Shown: one piece after another, positions 27,546 through 40,901 of the stretch
Layout: the number at the start of each line of letters is the position of its first letter
Position numbering within the stretch: the first letter of the stretch is position 1
DNA from: Camelus dromedarius
Lineage: Eukaryota
Length of the DNA: 64,000 bases
Assembly: GCF_036321535.1 (NCBI RefSeq)
Contig: NC_087437.1
Coordinates: 60,576,001 to 60,640,000 of the forward strand
Reading direction: 5' to 3'
Program-made: the position numbers and the translations under genes
Notes under the pieces: model-generated
What the model saw: the letters and a program-made list of their open reading frames with translations, nothing else
The model's database searches: none
What the model was told of the DNA's origin: nothing

Positions 27546-28279
27546 TTCCCCTTGCTCTGGAGTGTATTTATGGTCTTTTCTCAGAAGACTGAAAAAGAAT
27601 ATGGTCCACCATTCTTCATCACCTATAGAGAAATTTTGACAGAGTTTTAGTTAAGAAATTACATTTCTGTCCTTAGAATCATGTTTACTCATCTCTTCTA
27701 AGGATTCCTACTCTTTGTCAGAGATGCTGTGACTGTGACCTACTGTAACTCAGCCTTAAACATGGAACTAGGAGACATCAAGCTTTCATAAAGCCATTCT
27801 TAAGTCTGTGCACAGTGTTAGGCCCTACAGTCCCTAGCAATTCTCCAGAACATTAATTATTGAGAGTCTACAAGCAGGCCTGGAAAAAATTACTTAAATT
27901 GCCCAGATAAGATACATTTTCTTTCATTCAACTTAACTAAAAATAAAATAGTCACTACTTATTCACTGACTAGTTTCTCATTGATTTTCCACTAGTACCA
28001 CCTCTTTCTCCATTGCACCCCCAAATGTGGTTACCTGAGAGCTGGCAAAACGAATCCTAGTCTGCTAAACAGCATTGTGAGCATAATTGGTTGTCAGGTG
28101 AACTGGTATTGTTTGAGACTTTTAGGAACAGGTTCTAAACCTTACAAGGGAAGATTTCACACTAGGATTTTTCTAGCAGTTTCTATTACGATGATAGTAG
28201 TAAACAGATGTGGGAAGAATTAGGGGGAGGAGACCAGAGGATAGAGAAGACTGGAATTCTCTCACCATCTCTTCAGTTT

Positions 28280-28930
28280 ACTTTTTATTGAAGTATATAT
28301 ATATATAAGGCATTAATATCATAAGTGTACATATACCTCAGTGAATTTTTACAGCCAACATTGCCCATGTAATAACCAGCATGAAGCTCAAAAAAACAAA
28401 GCATGACCAGCACCCCAGGCAACCCCCCTCAGCTCACTCCCAGTCACTACTTCCTACTGCAAGGGAAGCTACTATCCTAGCTTTCTTACTATATACACTT
28501 TTTATTTTTTTTTTATTTACAGTAAAATTACGGTGTACAATTCTGTAAGTTTTGACACATGCATAGAGTCATGTAACCACCCCCACAATCAAGAATACAG
28601 AACAGTTTCATTATCCCCAAGACGTCTCTCATTCTTACCCCTATGTAGTCAATAACTCCTCCAAACCCCAACTTCTGACAATCACTGATCTTTTCTCTGC
28701 CTAAACTAGTTTTGCCTTTCCCAGAATGTCATATAAATGGAATGATATCATATGTAGCATTTTGGGTGTGCTTTCTTTCATTTAGCCAGATGCATCCAAG
28801 ATTCATCTGTTACTGCACATACCAGTAGTTAATTTTCATTACTGAGTAGGATTCCATTTTATGAATATACTGCAATACACTTATCCATTCACTGACTGAA
28901 GGACTTTCAGATTGTTTCCAGTTTTTCCTA
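28280..28930 (-). mobile_element. Old antisense L1 3' ends
   Basis: tttgacacatgcatagagtcatgtaaccacc, ttttgcctttcccagaatgtcatataaatggaat. Confidence 0.7.
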
Positions 28931-31900
28931 CTATGTCCTTGTACTTCATTACAACCACAGGCCTGCAGGAACAAGGATCAAAGCCAGAAATGGGTCTCTG
29001 ATCCGACAGCCATGACAGGCCTTCCCCCACCTCCCCTTCATCTCCACCGTGAGCACCGCCATGGTAGTTGCACAGGAGCCTATCATCCTAAAACAAACTT
29101 TAAATGCAGAATAATAGATCCTAGGAGGCTGTTTACAAAACAGACTTACGCCTAATGTAGGAGACTGCTAGAATAAGCAGTTCAGAATTTGTAGAATTTC
29201 AAATTCCCAGGAATAACACTCAGATGATTCAGTAGCTGGATGTGCCAGATTCTCATTGCGAGTGTCCTAAGGGAAGTATAGTCTGTTTAGGATAGTAGTA
29301 AATGAGGAGAAAGTAATCTGAGCAAAAGATGAAAACAGCTATTTGTCAAATGTGAAATCATCTGATAGCCTTGTAATTTAGAAAACAGACCATGGAGACA
29401 GCCCTAATCTTTTAAGAAAATCTAGTTCATTGAACATCAAAGGACTGTGGTTTGTTTTTTAAAATTATTAACTACCAATTTTCTTTAGGTGATAACCTCT
29501 CTGCATCTTATTAAATATGGCTAATATTATGTAATTAGAAGAAATCTAATTCTAGTGTAGTGTACTTAGATTCCAATCTTTGAACCAGAGCTGGCCCCCT
29601 GATTAATTGGTTTGACTCTCAACCTTTTTGCATGCACATAGCACACTCAGCCTTGCAGATCTTTTCCATTCTTATCACGATATGACTTGATTTCTCACAA
29701 GTGTGTTTAAAAAAAAATCCTTTAAACTGGTCATTCTCTTAAACTGGTTCTAGGTTAAACCTTAGGAACTACCTGGTGTTTACCCAAGGTAGGAATAAAG
29801 TAGTCCAACATATCATCCCTACTTCTGCTAATCAGCTGTTGATGACAAATTTCATTTGGACAGTTTTTCACTACAGTAGAATAATTTTTTTTAATTATAT
29901 AGAAGTTAGTGCAAAAAGCAACTAGCATGTGAAACAAGATATAGTGAATTTTCTGGTGGAAGGAAAGATTAGAACCAGTGATGTAATCTTTCTTGAGGAT
30001 GTCTAAAATTGGGTTCATTTACCTCACAGATGGAAGAACTAAAAACAAGAGGAAAGTCCCATATGTTCCACACTATAAATCTCTACAAAAAGATCTTCTA
30101 AATCTTGTGAGAGTCATTTGATCAAAAATATCTACTTTCCTAGTGGTGTTTAAGACTAGGAAAGCTATCTCTTAATGATAGATCCATTTCTTTCTCTGAA
30201 AGTTTAGTGCTTTGTTCAGATCTGGTTTACCTGACATTCCTCACTACTTCCTCATTAGGAAAAAGCTTTATTAACCTAACTTTTTCTACCTATGGCTAAT
30301 AATAGTTGTACTTAATAGAATATTCTCTCCATCACTTAAGTTTTTAACCTTAGTGCTACTTGACATTTCTCTTCCTCAAATATCTAGTCACTAGATACTG
30401 TTGATTATTCCTTAACATCATATCTTTATTGCTATTATTTCTGTTGTCGTCACTCTAATCCAGGTCCTTAACCCACCCTCACCCCTAGGCCTGGATTATT
30501 GCAGTGGCCCCTTAAACCATCTCCCAACCTCTGATTGCTTCCTTGTTATCCAGTCATCCATCAGATGACTTTTCCTCAAATGCAGCCTGAATTGTGTGAC
30601 TCCTCTCCTCAGTGACCTTCATGAGTTCTAAATCCAAACTAATCAACTTACCTGTATAGTATAGTTCCTGGAATATGTGGTTAACAAATCACCTACCATC
30701 ACCTACGTCCCCAGCCATCCTTCTTACTCACACACCCTCTGTAGGGCTTGTCTTGTGGCTGGTGGTCATGCAAATTCCTACTGTACTAACTGCTGTCCCC
30801 CTTACCCAAGTCCTCTTATCAAGGCTCTACATTTCTTCAAGGACCACCCTTATTCCCTCCTGCAGAAGCCTTCCCAGTTATAGCTCTTGATGCCTGAATT
30901 CCTGCAGTGCTTACTGGGTATCCACTTAATACTGAGCATGTGCTGCCTTTACAGATTAGGTGGCCTTCTCCTTGTATTCCTCTGCCCCAGTGAAGTGCCC
31001 ATGGCAGGTGATGACAGCACACAGCTCTTCTACCTGCAGGTCTCCATACAGCATGGTCATCTTCAATGCTGTGGTTTTTAATGGGATGAAAACAGTCTTG
31101 TATAAGTTTGAAGGGCAATGACTTTATTTACAAGCTAGTAGAGTTGGGGGCATGGAGAAGGGGCTGGGAGTACATAAAAAGTTCTGACTATAAATCTCTA
31201 AATTAGCTAAAATTTTTAATTACAGTCCTTTCTTTCTGGTTCCTAGTATAATAATCTTCCTTCCTGAGCATGCTTTGTGACTTTTTTCTTTTTATATCAA
31301 TTTTATCTTCCTTGTACATATGTTTTCATTTTAAGTCATCTGAAACCCTCCTCGGAAGTAGCTGGGATATGAATAATTTCTCTGAAAGTCTTAGTGATAG
31401 AGCCAAATATAGTATTCTTGATTGTACTTCTTTACTCTTTAGCCTCCTTTACACTAATTTCCACTCAGATTAAATCTTATATGAATGAAATAGATGGAGA
31501 TTTATTAATGGCTTTAAAACCCTATCTTCGAGTTAATCTTGAAGACTTTTAATCTTATAAATTTTAAAGTCTGGATTGCAGGGAGAATTTTCAGGGGGGA
31601 AAAATCTTTTGTGGATTGGTTACCAATATACTGAGCTCCAGGAGGAGAGACTTACCCTTGAATGCAGGTCTGACTGAGTTGGAACGTTTCCCACCCCTCT
31701 TCTTACCCATCTTCAAGGAAGAATAATTTTCTCTTTTCCTTTCAAGATCACCCTCTGCTTGTCCTTCTGCTCTTATTCCTCACATCTTCTTCAATTACCT
31801 TCTTTTTGTTAGGTAGGCTACTTGTGCTCTAACTATACGATCAAATCTCTCCTATCCTATAAAAACTTTCCCTTAGCCGCAAATCTCCTCCTTTCTTAGT

Positions 31901-34099
31901 CAGATATCTTGAAAGAGACACACTGTCTACTTTTCACTTATAATAATATTCACTGAGTGCCCACTTACTCCAGACGATGCTAGACATTGGGAACGGTGGC
32001 AGACAAGACGTCACACCAGCCCTGTGGAGTTCAGCCTCCTGGTCAAGCCTCAGCCCTTGCCATGACACTGAAACGGCTCAGACAAAGCTGGGGGACTCCC
32101 AGTCCCCAAATTCTGTGGCTCTTCTCAGCATCCCCTCTCACCAATATGAGACACCTTAACGATGGTAACATCGTGAAACCTAATAGTTCACACTTAGAAA
32201 TCATCCTCCTTGTCCAAGGCCCTGTGATGAGTACAGAGAATCTGCCTTTGAAAAGCTTACACATAGAATATTATGTAGCCCAAATACACATGGCTTCCCC
32301 TAAGTTCAGTTTCATTGGAAAAATACTTTTAAAGAGGCTTTTATTCACAAAACTTGTTCAGTATGTCTACCATTGATCTCAACAAACAAATTCAGATGTA
32401 TTAAACAGCAAATACTCAGGAAGTGACTTCAGGAGTAAGAATGTAATGTCCTTTGATAACACTTTTACTGCTGCAAATATTCACCATTCCTGATTACCCT
32501 GTGCACACCAGCCCTTCCAAGTGTCCCCCAGAATAAAATTGGACTTTTCGTTAGTCATAGACATGACAGCCCATAGAAATAGAAAGATACAAATTATGGT
32601 TTGTTTGTTGAATAAAAATATGAATTTTCCTAAGATTTTAGGTAAAAGAATTGTTCATCTGTTTTGCTGGTTCATTAGCCCCCATCTGCCAATACAGGTT
32701 CTCTGCTCCCCGTCACCCTCTTCTTTCTGAGTCCCCAGAGGCTATATTTAGATAGCGTCTCCTACTCTCCGTCAATTGCATGACAAGCAAACTCCTGAAT
32801 CCTTGGAGAACCAGGACTGTGTTTCTGGCAGAGAAAGGCTCTCTGTAGTTCGTATTATGGTATAGGGTCAGGGGGTCCCAAAGCAGTGTTGCTTCAGCCC
32901 AACACCTTACAGAATTATTAGTGAAGCCAGCTCTCATATTTCATACTCTCCCTCTAACTTCAGTATGAATCCAGAATGGGAATCAAATGGTCCTCAGTGC
33001 TTCTGCTCCTCTGTAAGGCTATTCCTGTGTTAAGTTACTGTCTCATTATTCCCTCATTGCATCCCACCGATTCCTCTGATACACCCAGGTATGTCTGCAC
33101 CCCAGAAACAGGAAGATCAGGGCTCAAACTGAGACAGAGTTCCCCATTACACACAGGTATCAATACAAAGCTATGTCCATGCTAAGGCCAGGAAAATGGG
33201 TCTGATGTAGAAGCCCCTGGAGCCCAGCAACAGCAAGGTCCCTTATGAGTCACAGTTGAGGAATGACTCCTGAGAGACTAGGAAAGGACCCACTGTGAAT
33301 GAGCTCACCCAAGCTGTTAGCTTGTAGCTGATTGATACCTTATCAGTGTCACCTGGAGTTTCACTAAAGGAATGACTTAATGAACACAAATTCCACCAAT
33401 AACTTCTGGTTGCTCCTAGAGTGTGACAGAGTGAGCCTGTTCATCCTCACAGGGTGAGGCTTGCTAAGGAAACTTATTTATTCCATCCCTTAGTTCAAGC
33501 CATAGCCCCTCTGCCAGGGCCACCTGCTAGTCTATTTGTGTGAATTACAGAGGTGCCCCCTCCTCCATGGATCCAGTTGGGGATGAAAAAAATGCTTCCA
33601 CCAGACAAGCCCCCCTGATATTCTCCAGAGCAGATAGCAACTGAGGGAAGAAGAATGGCATATCAGAGCCACCATGATCTGCCTTTTACAACGGAAACTG
33701 AAGTCCAGAGAGGAGAGCGAAACTTGCCTGAGGTCACACAGGGAGTCAATGATAACAAAAGAGTACAGCTCCTGAAGCCCATGGAACTTCCACTGATCAT
33801 CTTGTCTGATAAGCAACAGGTTCATAGCCCAATCGGAGGAGCAGGGCTTCCTTCCCCAGGGAACAGAGCAGGCTCAAGGACTGACAAACTCAGACCCAGG
33901 GGTCCTCTGTCTCTCACTCAGTGTTCTCATTACACATTCTCTAGCCAAACAGGGAGGATCTCATTCCCAGGTACTCATGGGGAAGGAGGGTGATGACAAA
34001 AGATGAGGACATTGATGGAGCTGGATCACTGAGTAACAGTTTCTGCAGTCCATTCCCCCCAGCCACAGTATACACAGAGAACTGCAATTCTGGTCTTCT

Positions 34100-34272
34100 A
34101 GAGTGGTGCTTTCTCAAATCCTGCCATGCACCAGAATCAAAAATAGATTGTTGATTGTCTACCCCTAGAATTTTTGACTCAGTAGGTTGGACATGGGCCT
34201 AAGAATCTGCATATCTGACAAGTTCCAGGTGATACTGATGCTGCTCATTTGGGGACCACACTTTGAGACTCT
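34100..34272. mobile_element. MER5A-like hAT DNA transposon relic
   Basis: tgactcagtaggt..gaatctgcat..acaagttccaggtgatactgatgctgct..ggaccacactttgaga. Confidence 0.75.
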
Positions 34273-34769
34273 CTGGCCTAGACAAATAGAAAACCCTTTC
34301 ATCCCTCACCTTCTTCACTCTTTTCCTCCTCTCATCCCCCTCTTTGTCATTTTCTGCTTCCTCTTCCTCCCCATCTTTGGTCTCCTTCCCATCTTCCAAA
34401 GTATGATGGAATGAGCCAAGCTCTGCCAGACACCTGGGTTTTAGGTCTAGCACTGTTACTGACTAAATGTGTGACCCAAGGCAAGTCACTTTCCCTCTCT
34501 AGGGCCAAGAAGGGGCAGTGAGAGACCCCCACTGCCAGCTCCTCCCCAGCCAGGACCACATCAACCTGGGTTCATCTTTGTACCCCCAGATCCTTTATGC
34601 AATATTTGCTTGAAGAGATGCTGGTGAACGAATTCAATTGCCTTCGAGCTTCCTTCCTGCTCAGGCCCTAGGATTCTGACTTCTTCCTTCCAAATCCGAA
34701 CATTTCCCCTTTCCAGTTGGACATGATATTTGGGGTCTTTCTAAGACAAGAAGAGGGGAGGATGCTGTG

Positions 34770-36110
34770 GAATGCGGGGCAGATTGTTGAGGGGCGAGAA
34801 CCTTGGAAAACCCGTGGGCTGGGGGAATCAGGCCCCAGATACTCGGCACCTGACGCTCAGTAGCTGAGCATGCGCATTCAGGCCTATGTGTCGGGATCAA
34901 GAGACCTAAGGTTAGACTCGGCCCTCCGCCCCGCGCCGGCAGAGGCTCCAGCGGGGGGCGCCAAAGAGAAGGCCAAGGGCAGTCTGGTCAAGCCCAGGTG
35001 TCCAGTCCGCGGTGGGCGGGTGCACCCTAGGGGCGTGGACACCGCCAAGGCGCGCCCTGGCAGCACTTAAGTAGCTAAAAGCCAGTGCCAGGCAGGAAGG
35101 AGAGAGAAAGGCCCGGCTGCTGCTGACGCACTTGGATCCAGACCTAGACCCAACCCGAGCCCATCCCGGCCCCAGCTAGCTATAGACTGCGCCATGCGGG
35201 GCCCCAGCGCGGCTCTGTGGCTCTTCCTGGCTCTGCGCACTGGTGAGGCACCGCCGCCCAACCCTGGAAGCAGGAGCTCTCCCGCCTCCCGAGCGGGGTC
35301 CCAGGGGGCGGGAAAGTGTGTCCTGAGCCTGCGTCTCCCAGGAAAGGGGAAAGGCGCAGAAAGGCGCGAGGCGCGAAGAAGGACGGGGAAGGGAAATAGC
35401 ACTGACCCTGGCAGACCTGTGTGTCTGGAGGGCTTCTTGGAGGAAGCGGCATTGAGCTGCACCTTGAGAAAACCTACCTTCTGACCCGCCAAGTAGAGGC
35501 GCGGGCAGAAGCGTGGAGGGGAGAGCCTTGGAGTGACGGGGGGAGGGGGGGCGATGGGGGGGAGGGGCGTCGGGGGGCGGGGGGAGGTCCGGGAAGGGTA
35601 AACGCTCTTAATGGGCGTGGAAGCCCGAGGAAGGTTTGGGAGCCAGAGCGGCTCTACTTCTCCCGAGCCTCTGCGGGGAGGGACGCGGGAAAAGATCTGG
35701 AGAGACTGGAGGGGAGGAGGCGAGAGGAGCGGCCTGCCGGGCCGAATCACGGGAAGCCGTGCTTGGATAGAGGATGGGGCGCAGACTGAGTCTCCTCGCA
35801 TCAGCACCCGCCGCTCGTACGGAAGTCAGGGCCCCGGACGCTGAGACTTGAGGCGGGACCTCGGGGAGCTGCTCTTAGGGATCGCGGGCAGAGGCTGCTA
35901 AAAGGATGGCTTCATGCCACCGCTCTGACCTCATCAATACAAAAAATGGATCCGCCACCCCGGTCTGAACCCAGCAATTGCCAGGCCTAACAGGGTGCAG
36001 TCTTGGAGCACTGGAGAGGGCGAGGGCACTTCCACGTTCCAGGGTGCCCCCGGAGTTGGGGGAGGCAAAGCGGACGGGAGGGAGGCTGTTCTTGACCGTT
36101 GGGCTGGGGA
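34770..36110. promoter_or_regulatory. CpG island / MELTF promoter
   Basis: High CpG density around exon 1; GC boxes at ~34926, 35014 and 35030; NRF1-like TGAGCATGCGCA at 34865-34876; TATA-like TTAAGTA at 35067. Confidence 0.85.
35194..35242 (+). CDS. MELTF: MELTF exon 1, signal peptide MRGPSAALWLFLALRT
   Basis: gccATG Kozak context, hydrophobic leader, G|gtgagg donor; 49 nt. Confidence 0.93.
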
Positions 36111-37060
36111 TGGGAAGCACAGGCTGCCTTGAGAGGGTTACCTGGCCCCTAGTGGGCGGAAACTGGGCCCAAAGCCACACGTTTCCCAAGAGCACAGGCC
36201 TCCCTGGCAGGGCTGGCTGGGCAGGATGAGTGATGGAAGAGCTCAGGTCTGCAAAGGCAGCAAACTCAGAAAATCCTTACCACTTCTGCTGGGCCTCCAG
36301 GCTAAGAACTCTCTGGGACTCTGACCTGGTCAGATCATGTGACCCCAATAGGGTCCCCACCACTGAGTACCTTGTGTCCTAACTCCTCCAGAGGTTTACT
36401 TACAATGCAAAAGGTGGTTTTCTCATCTGCACAGGCTCAGAGAGGTCAGTAAGTTGCCTGAAGTCACCAGCCAAAGGAGCAGGAAGTTGAACTCAACCGG
36501 CTGACTCCTCCACCTCCCCTTGTCAGGGGCCTGGCACTGTGTCCACAGAGGGTGGGTCTGCAGGGGGCGTAATCACAGATACTCCAAAGGGTGCCAGGCT
36601 CCTCAAGGGCAGACATAACCACTTCCCAGTCTCATGTCCCAGTTCATGGGGAGGGCCCAGGGGCACCACTGAGTGAGAGAACTCAGTCCAGCACTTTCTT
36701 GTTGGATGACACAAAAACCCAAGAGGGGCAAGAATTTGCCTAGTCACAGAGCCAGCAAGTGCTCCTTCCACCCACCAGGCTGTGCTCCAGGCCAGGGAGG
36801 GATGGGGGAAGCTTAGCTGCTACGCTGGGAGACCCTCCCTGAGGGCCAAGCTCTGAGCCACACCTTCTGCCCCTGGGAAGGGCAGGGAATACATGGTCCA
36901 CACGCAGCTTTGCTGGTGAGGCAGTCCGTGACATCTCTTTGTGCCCCAGTACCTCCCAGTGAGAGGGCAGAGCTGTTGCAGAGAACTGGCTATACGTGCT
37001 GATGGGTCACACAGTGGACTGGGGCTGCAGGAGCTGGGCCTCACTGTCCCCTGTCCCCAG

Positions 37061-37215
37061 CGCTTGGCGGGATGGAGGTGCGGTGGTGCACCATCTCAGA
37101 CCCAGAGCAGCAGAAATGCAGTGACATGAGCAAGGCCTTCCAGGAAGCCGGCATCCAGCCCTCCCTCCTGTGCGTCCAGGGAACCTCAGCTGACCACTGC
37201 ATCCAGCTCATCTCG
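37061..37215 (+). CDS. MELTF: MELTF exon 2 (A)LGGMEVRWCTISDPEQQKC...CIQLIS
   Basis: ccccag| and |gtgagt; 155 nt; transferrin N-lobe VRWC motif. Confidence 0.96.
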
Positions 37216-38325
37216 GTGAGTCCTCTCCCTTCCGCTCTGCCCAGACAAGAGGGCTCTGACTCAGGAGGGAGCGCACAACAGCCTCATTCACTGGGAGAGG
37301 CTCCGAGGTCCCCCTGCCAGGGCCTGGTGATAGGATCTCCTGAGTTTCCTTGGCAACAAGGGCCAGCTTGTTTCCTACCCAGGCGGGGGCCAGGCGCTGA
37401 GAGGCCCAGGGACGGCCCTGCTCAGGACGCCAGTGGGGAAAGGTGACTGAGAGGCAGTTTCCTTACACAGAGGGCCTCTACGTGGGGGACATGACCTGCC
37501 CCACCCAGGGGAGCACAGACAGCAGACCCCTCAGTGGCCCATGGCGGTTACTCACTCTGCCCTGGAGTTTTCCAGAACGGGGCATGTGTGGTTTCTGGGG
37601 CAGGAAGAGCTGGGCCAGCGGTCCTGGGTGGGTGAGTGGTGGGTGGGAGAGCTGTTCTGAGAGGCTGAGATCTGCTAAACTGGCACTGACGACATTAAGA
37701 GGCAGGACTCCAATATAAGACAAGGCATAGAGGGAAGTGTCAGGCGCAAGGGGACCTGGGTTTTCATTTCAGTGCAGCCCCTGATGTGCCCCCAAGAGCT
37801 AATCCAGAGTCCGTGTGGCCAAGGGTCCGCTATGAGGGTGGAAACCAACTATGTTGAAATACTGTTTTATCCATGGGCCCCATTTGTGTTTTAAAACAAA
37901 AAGGAAAACATTGACAAAGGCATTTGTAGGATTTAGTCTGCATCTTAAAGAGAAAAGCTAAGGAACAGGTTAGCAGTATAGGCAGGGGGCTGAGAAACAA
38001 GAAAGTCAGGGAGACTTTTCGTTTTGTGCTGATTTTTTAAAACTATGTATAGCTATTATGAGTCCTATAAAATTACTAATATTTTTTAAATAACATAATT
38101 CGAAAAACAAGGCAAGTCTTGGTCCTGGTCAGGGGAGACCTGTAGGCCTTGGCAGGGGAGGGGCCTGCGAGGCTGAGCCAGGACGGGGCTCCCGGGCCAG
38201 ACGAAGAGGACCACGTGGACCTCCAGGGCTTTTCAAGGGGCCTTCAGAAGACTGGTTGGTGTCCCTGAGCTCCTGGCTGAGTGGGTCCTGGGGCCAGACT
38301 GTGCTGACCCACATGTTCCCAGCAG

Positions 38326-38425
38326 GCCCAGGAGGCTGATGCCATCACTCTGGATGGAGGAGCCATTTACGAGGCGGGGAAGGAGCACGGCCTGAAGCCC
38401 GTGGTGGGCGAAGTGTATGATCAAG
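38326..38425 (+). CDS. MELTF: MELTF exon 3 [12 protein letters not shown]...VYDQ (Fe ligand Asp78)
   Basis: cagcag| and |gtcagg; 100 nt. Confidence 0.95.
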
Positions 38426-40537
38426 GTCAGGGGGCCGAGTGGGAGTTGGGGTGGAAGGAGAGAGGAGGTCGCTCAGCAGTGTCCTTGCTGGGCCTGGCCC
38501 GACCCTGCAGCCCCCAAGCTGGTCAGTAGTCCTGTCCTCAGAGCATCCTGAAGCCCCAACCAAATAGATCCTCAGAGCCCCCTACGTCTCACTTGACACC
38601 CCCGCAGAGAGCCAGGGGTGCCGGAGACACAGAGGGCTGACTGCAGTCTGTTCTTCATCGTGGGGAGCCCAGCAGCCCCTAGCTGACATCCAGCAGCTCC
38701 CACCGAGCCTGTTGTAGTGCTGGGCACAATTGCTGGGGTGAACAAGGCATCAGTAATGCCCAGCTATCCGGGTACTTCCGTGGCCCTCTGTCAGAGGCAG
38801 CATGGAGTGGGAATGGGGCCGGGCAAGAAGTGGTGAGTAGGAGCTGCACAGCCCACAGACCGAGAAGGAAGCCCAGTTCTGCCCCTTCCTGTCATCTTCC
38901 GTGACCTTGGACAACCTCCACTTCCTTGACCATAAAATCGGGATAGTGATCCCTGCCCCTTCACACAGATTAAAGGAGCCGGTCCGTGCGCACCTGACAC
39001 ATGGAATGTGCTTTGCCCCGGTCCTGCACCTCACACCAGGCATGCCTCTGGCCTAGTCTGCCCTTTGGCTCTCCCCCAGCACCTCTGCTTGTCCAATGCC
39101 TAGCACCTGTCACAGCCCAGCTCAGCTGTCACCTCCAAGCAGCTCCGCTGGGCCCTCCCACTGCTGCAAAAGGCCTCTGTTTCCTGCTTTCCAGAGAAAT
39201 GACTCACTCCACAAGGTCCTGTCCCTTCTGTTTTCTTTGTCTTTACCACAGTGAGTCCCCTGAGGCAGACCTGGTCCTCATCTTTGCAGACTCTCAGTGC
39301 CAGGGACCCAGCACAGGGTCTCGCTTGGTCACTTGTTAAACTGATGGCAGTCAGATGACACAGAACACAGTCCAACCCTGCAAGCCAGCCAGCCTTTTCA
39401 CTCAATGACCAGGAACAGCCCTGCCTTGTGGGCCCCAGAAATAGCTCTTCCTCTTTAATTGATTTAACACACTCATTGAGCACCTGCTGTGTGCCAGTCA
39501 TGAGCATAGAGCAGAAAGCAGAGAACCTATTCCTGCCCTCAGAGAGCAGGAGTTACATAGTAAACAAACAAACACCCAAAACTGTAGTCACTAATGTGCT
39601 GGGAGCCGTGAAGGAAGTAAAGGCCATGAGGGAAGAGATACGGAGTGTGGGAGACCTGCTGAAACAGAGCAGACAGGAGGGCTTCTCTGGAGAGGCAACA
39701 TTTAAATTGTGCTCTGAGAAGGGTCCCAGGTAAGAGGTTGGTGTGTTCGAGGAACTAGAAAGAAAAGGCACGATGGGGAGGCAGAGGGTGGAACCAGACG
39801 GGGCTGCTTAGGTTGGCAGAGGCCAGGCTCAGGTGTGCAAGAAACACTGGCTTGGTTTTCTAGAACTCAGCTTTGTTCTGGTCATAGGCATCTCACAGCC
39901 ACCAGGTAGTCGTGTGCACGTCTGTGTGTGTGATGAGTTGCCCTCTGGTCATCAGTCCCCATAGATGAGTCACCCGGGTCTTATCTGATGGCCCCTTCCA
40001 GGCAACATCTGGACCAGGGGAATCTTTTGCAAGGCTGTAGACCCCCACCTACCCACATGCACCCCATTCTGGGTCTGAGTGATTTGGGACCACACTGCTA
40101 GTATTTCTCGCTCTCTCTGTCTCTTTCTCTAGCTCTACTCCTCCACTCCTGCTCCAACACTGAGAAATCGCTTTTTCTAATATGGGGGAGGCCCCTGCCC
40201 TGCTCCCTACCGCCTCTCAACCACTCTTCTTCCATAACACAGTACTATTCCCTCAAATCCTCTAAGTTCTCCTTAGGGCCTATCCTTTTGGAAAACAAAA
40301 GACTTGCCGGCTACTTCTGCTTTGGTCTGACTACAGAGTTCCCTTGACAGGTGCAAATGTAGACCCAGCTGAGTGCGAGCTGGCTTGGGAAGGAAAAGGG
40401 AGAAATGAGTGAATGAATGAACACCTCAGCATAATATCTATCACGTAAGGCTGGAGGGGGCAGGGTCTTGTGGTAAGACGTGTGGATCACACCCATTTGC
40501 TCTCTCAGTAACTAGAACACCAGGCACACATGAACCC

Positions 40538-40623
40538 ATGTACGCACATGCATCCACGCACAGGTGTGCACACGCACACATGCACACACACACACACACA
40601 CACACACCACGCGCACGCGCGCA
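40538..40623. repeat. (CA)n/(CG) alternating purine-pyrimidine microsatellite
   Basis: Direct reading; ~100 nt upstream of the exon 4 acceptor. Confidence 0.9.
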
Positions 40624-40718
40624 CTCCTTTCTCCCACCGCCTTCCCCAGCAGGGTCCCAAGCCTCTCTTGTGGCTTCTCCCTTGCCCCCCTCACTCCACT
40701 CCTCTCCCTTCCTTCTAG

Positions 40719-40901
40719 AGGTCGGTACCTCCTATTATGCCGTCGCTGTGGTCAAGAGGGGCTCCCACGTGACCATCAACACCCTGAAAGGCGTGAAGTC
40801 CTGCCACACAGGCATCAACCGGACGGTGGGCTGGAATGTGCCCGTGGGCTACCTGGTAGACAGCGGCCGCCTCTCAGTGATGGGCTGTGACGTGCTCAAA
40901 G
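40719..40901 (+). CDS. MELTF: MELTF exon 4 (E)[11 protein letters not shown]...[15 protein letters not shown]...DVLK (Tyr107)
   Basis: ttctag| and |gtgagg; 183 nt; transferrin signature. Confidence 0.96.

Noticed and set aside
35078..35093. CAGTGC near the MELTF 5' end as a possible iron-responsive element
   Set aside because: Flanks (aaagc / caggc) cannot form the IRE upper stem
35067..35807. 246 aa antisense ORF over MELTF exon 1
   Set aside because: Long stop-free frames are expected in a CpG island; Pro/Arg-rich with no recognisable domain
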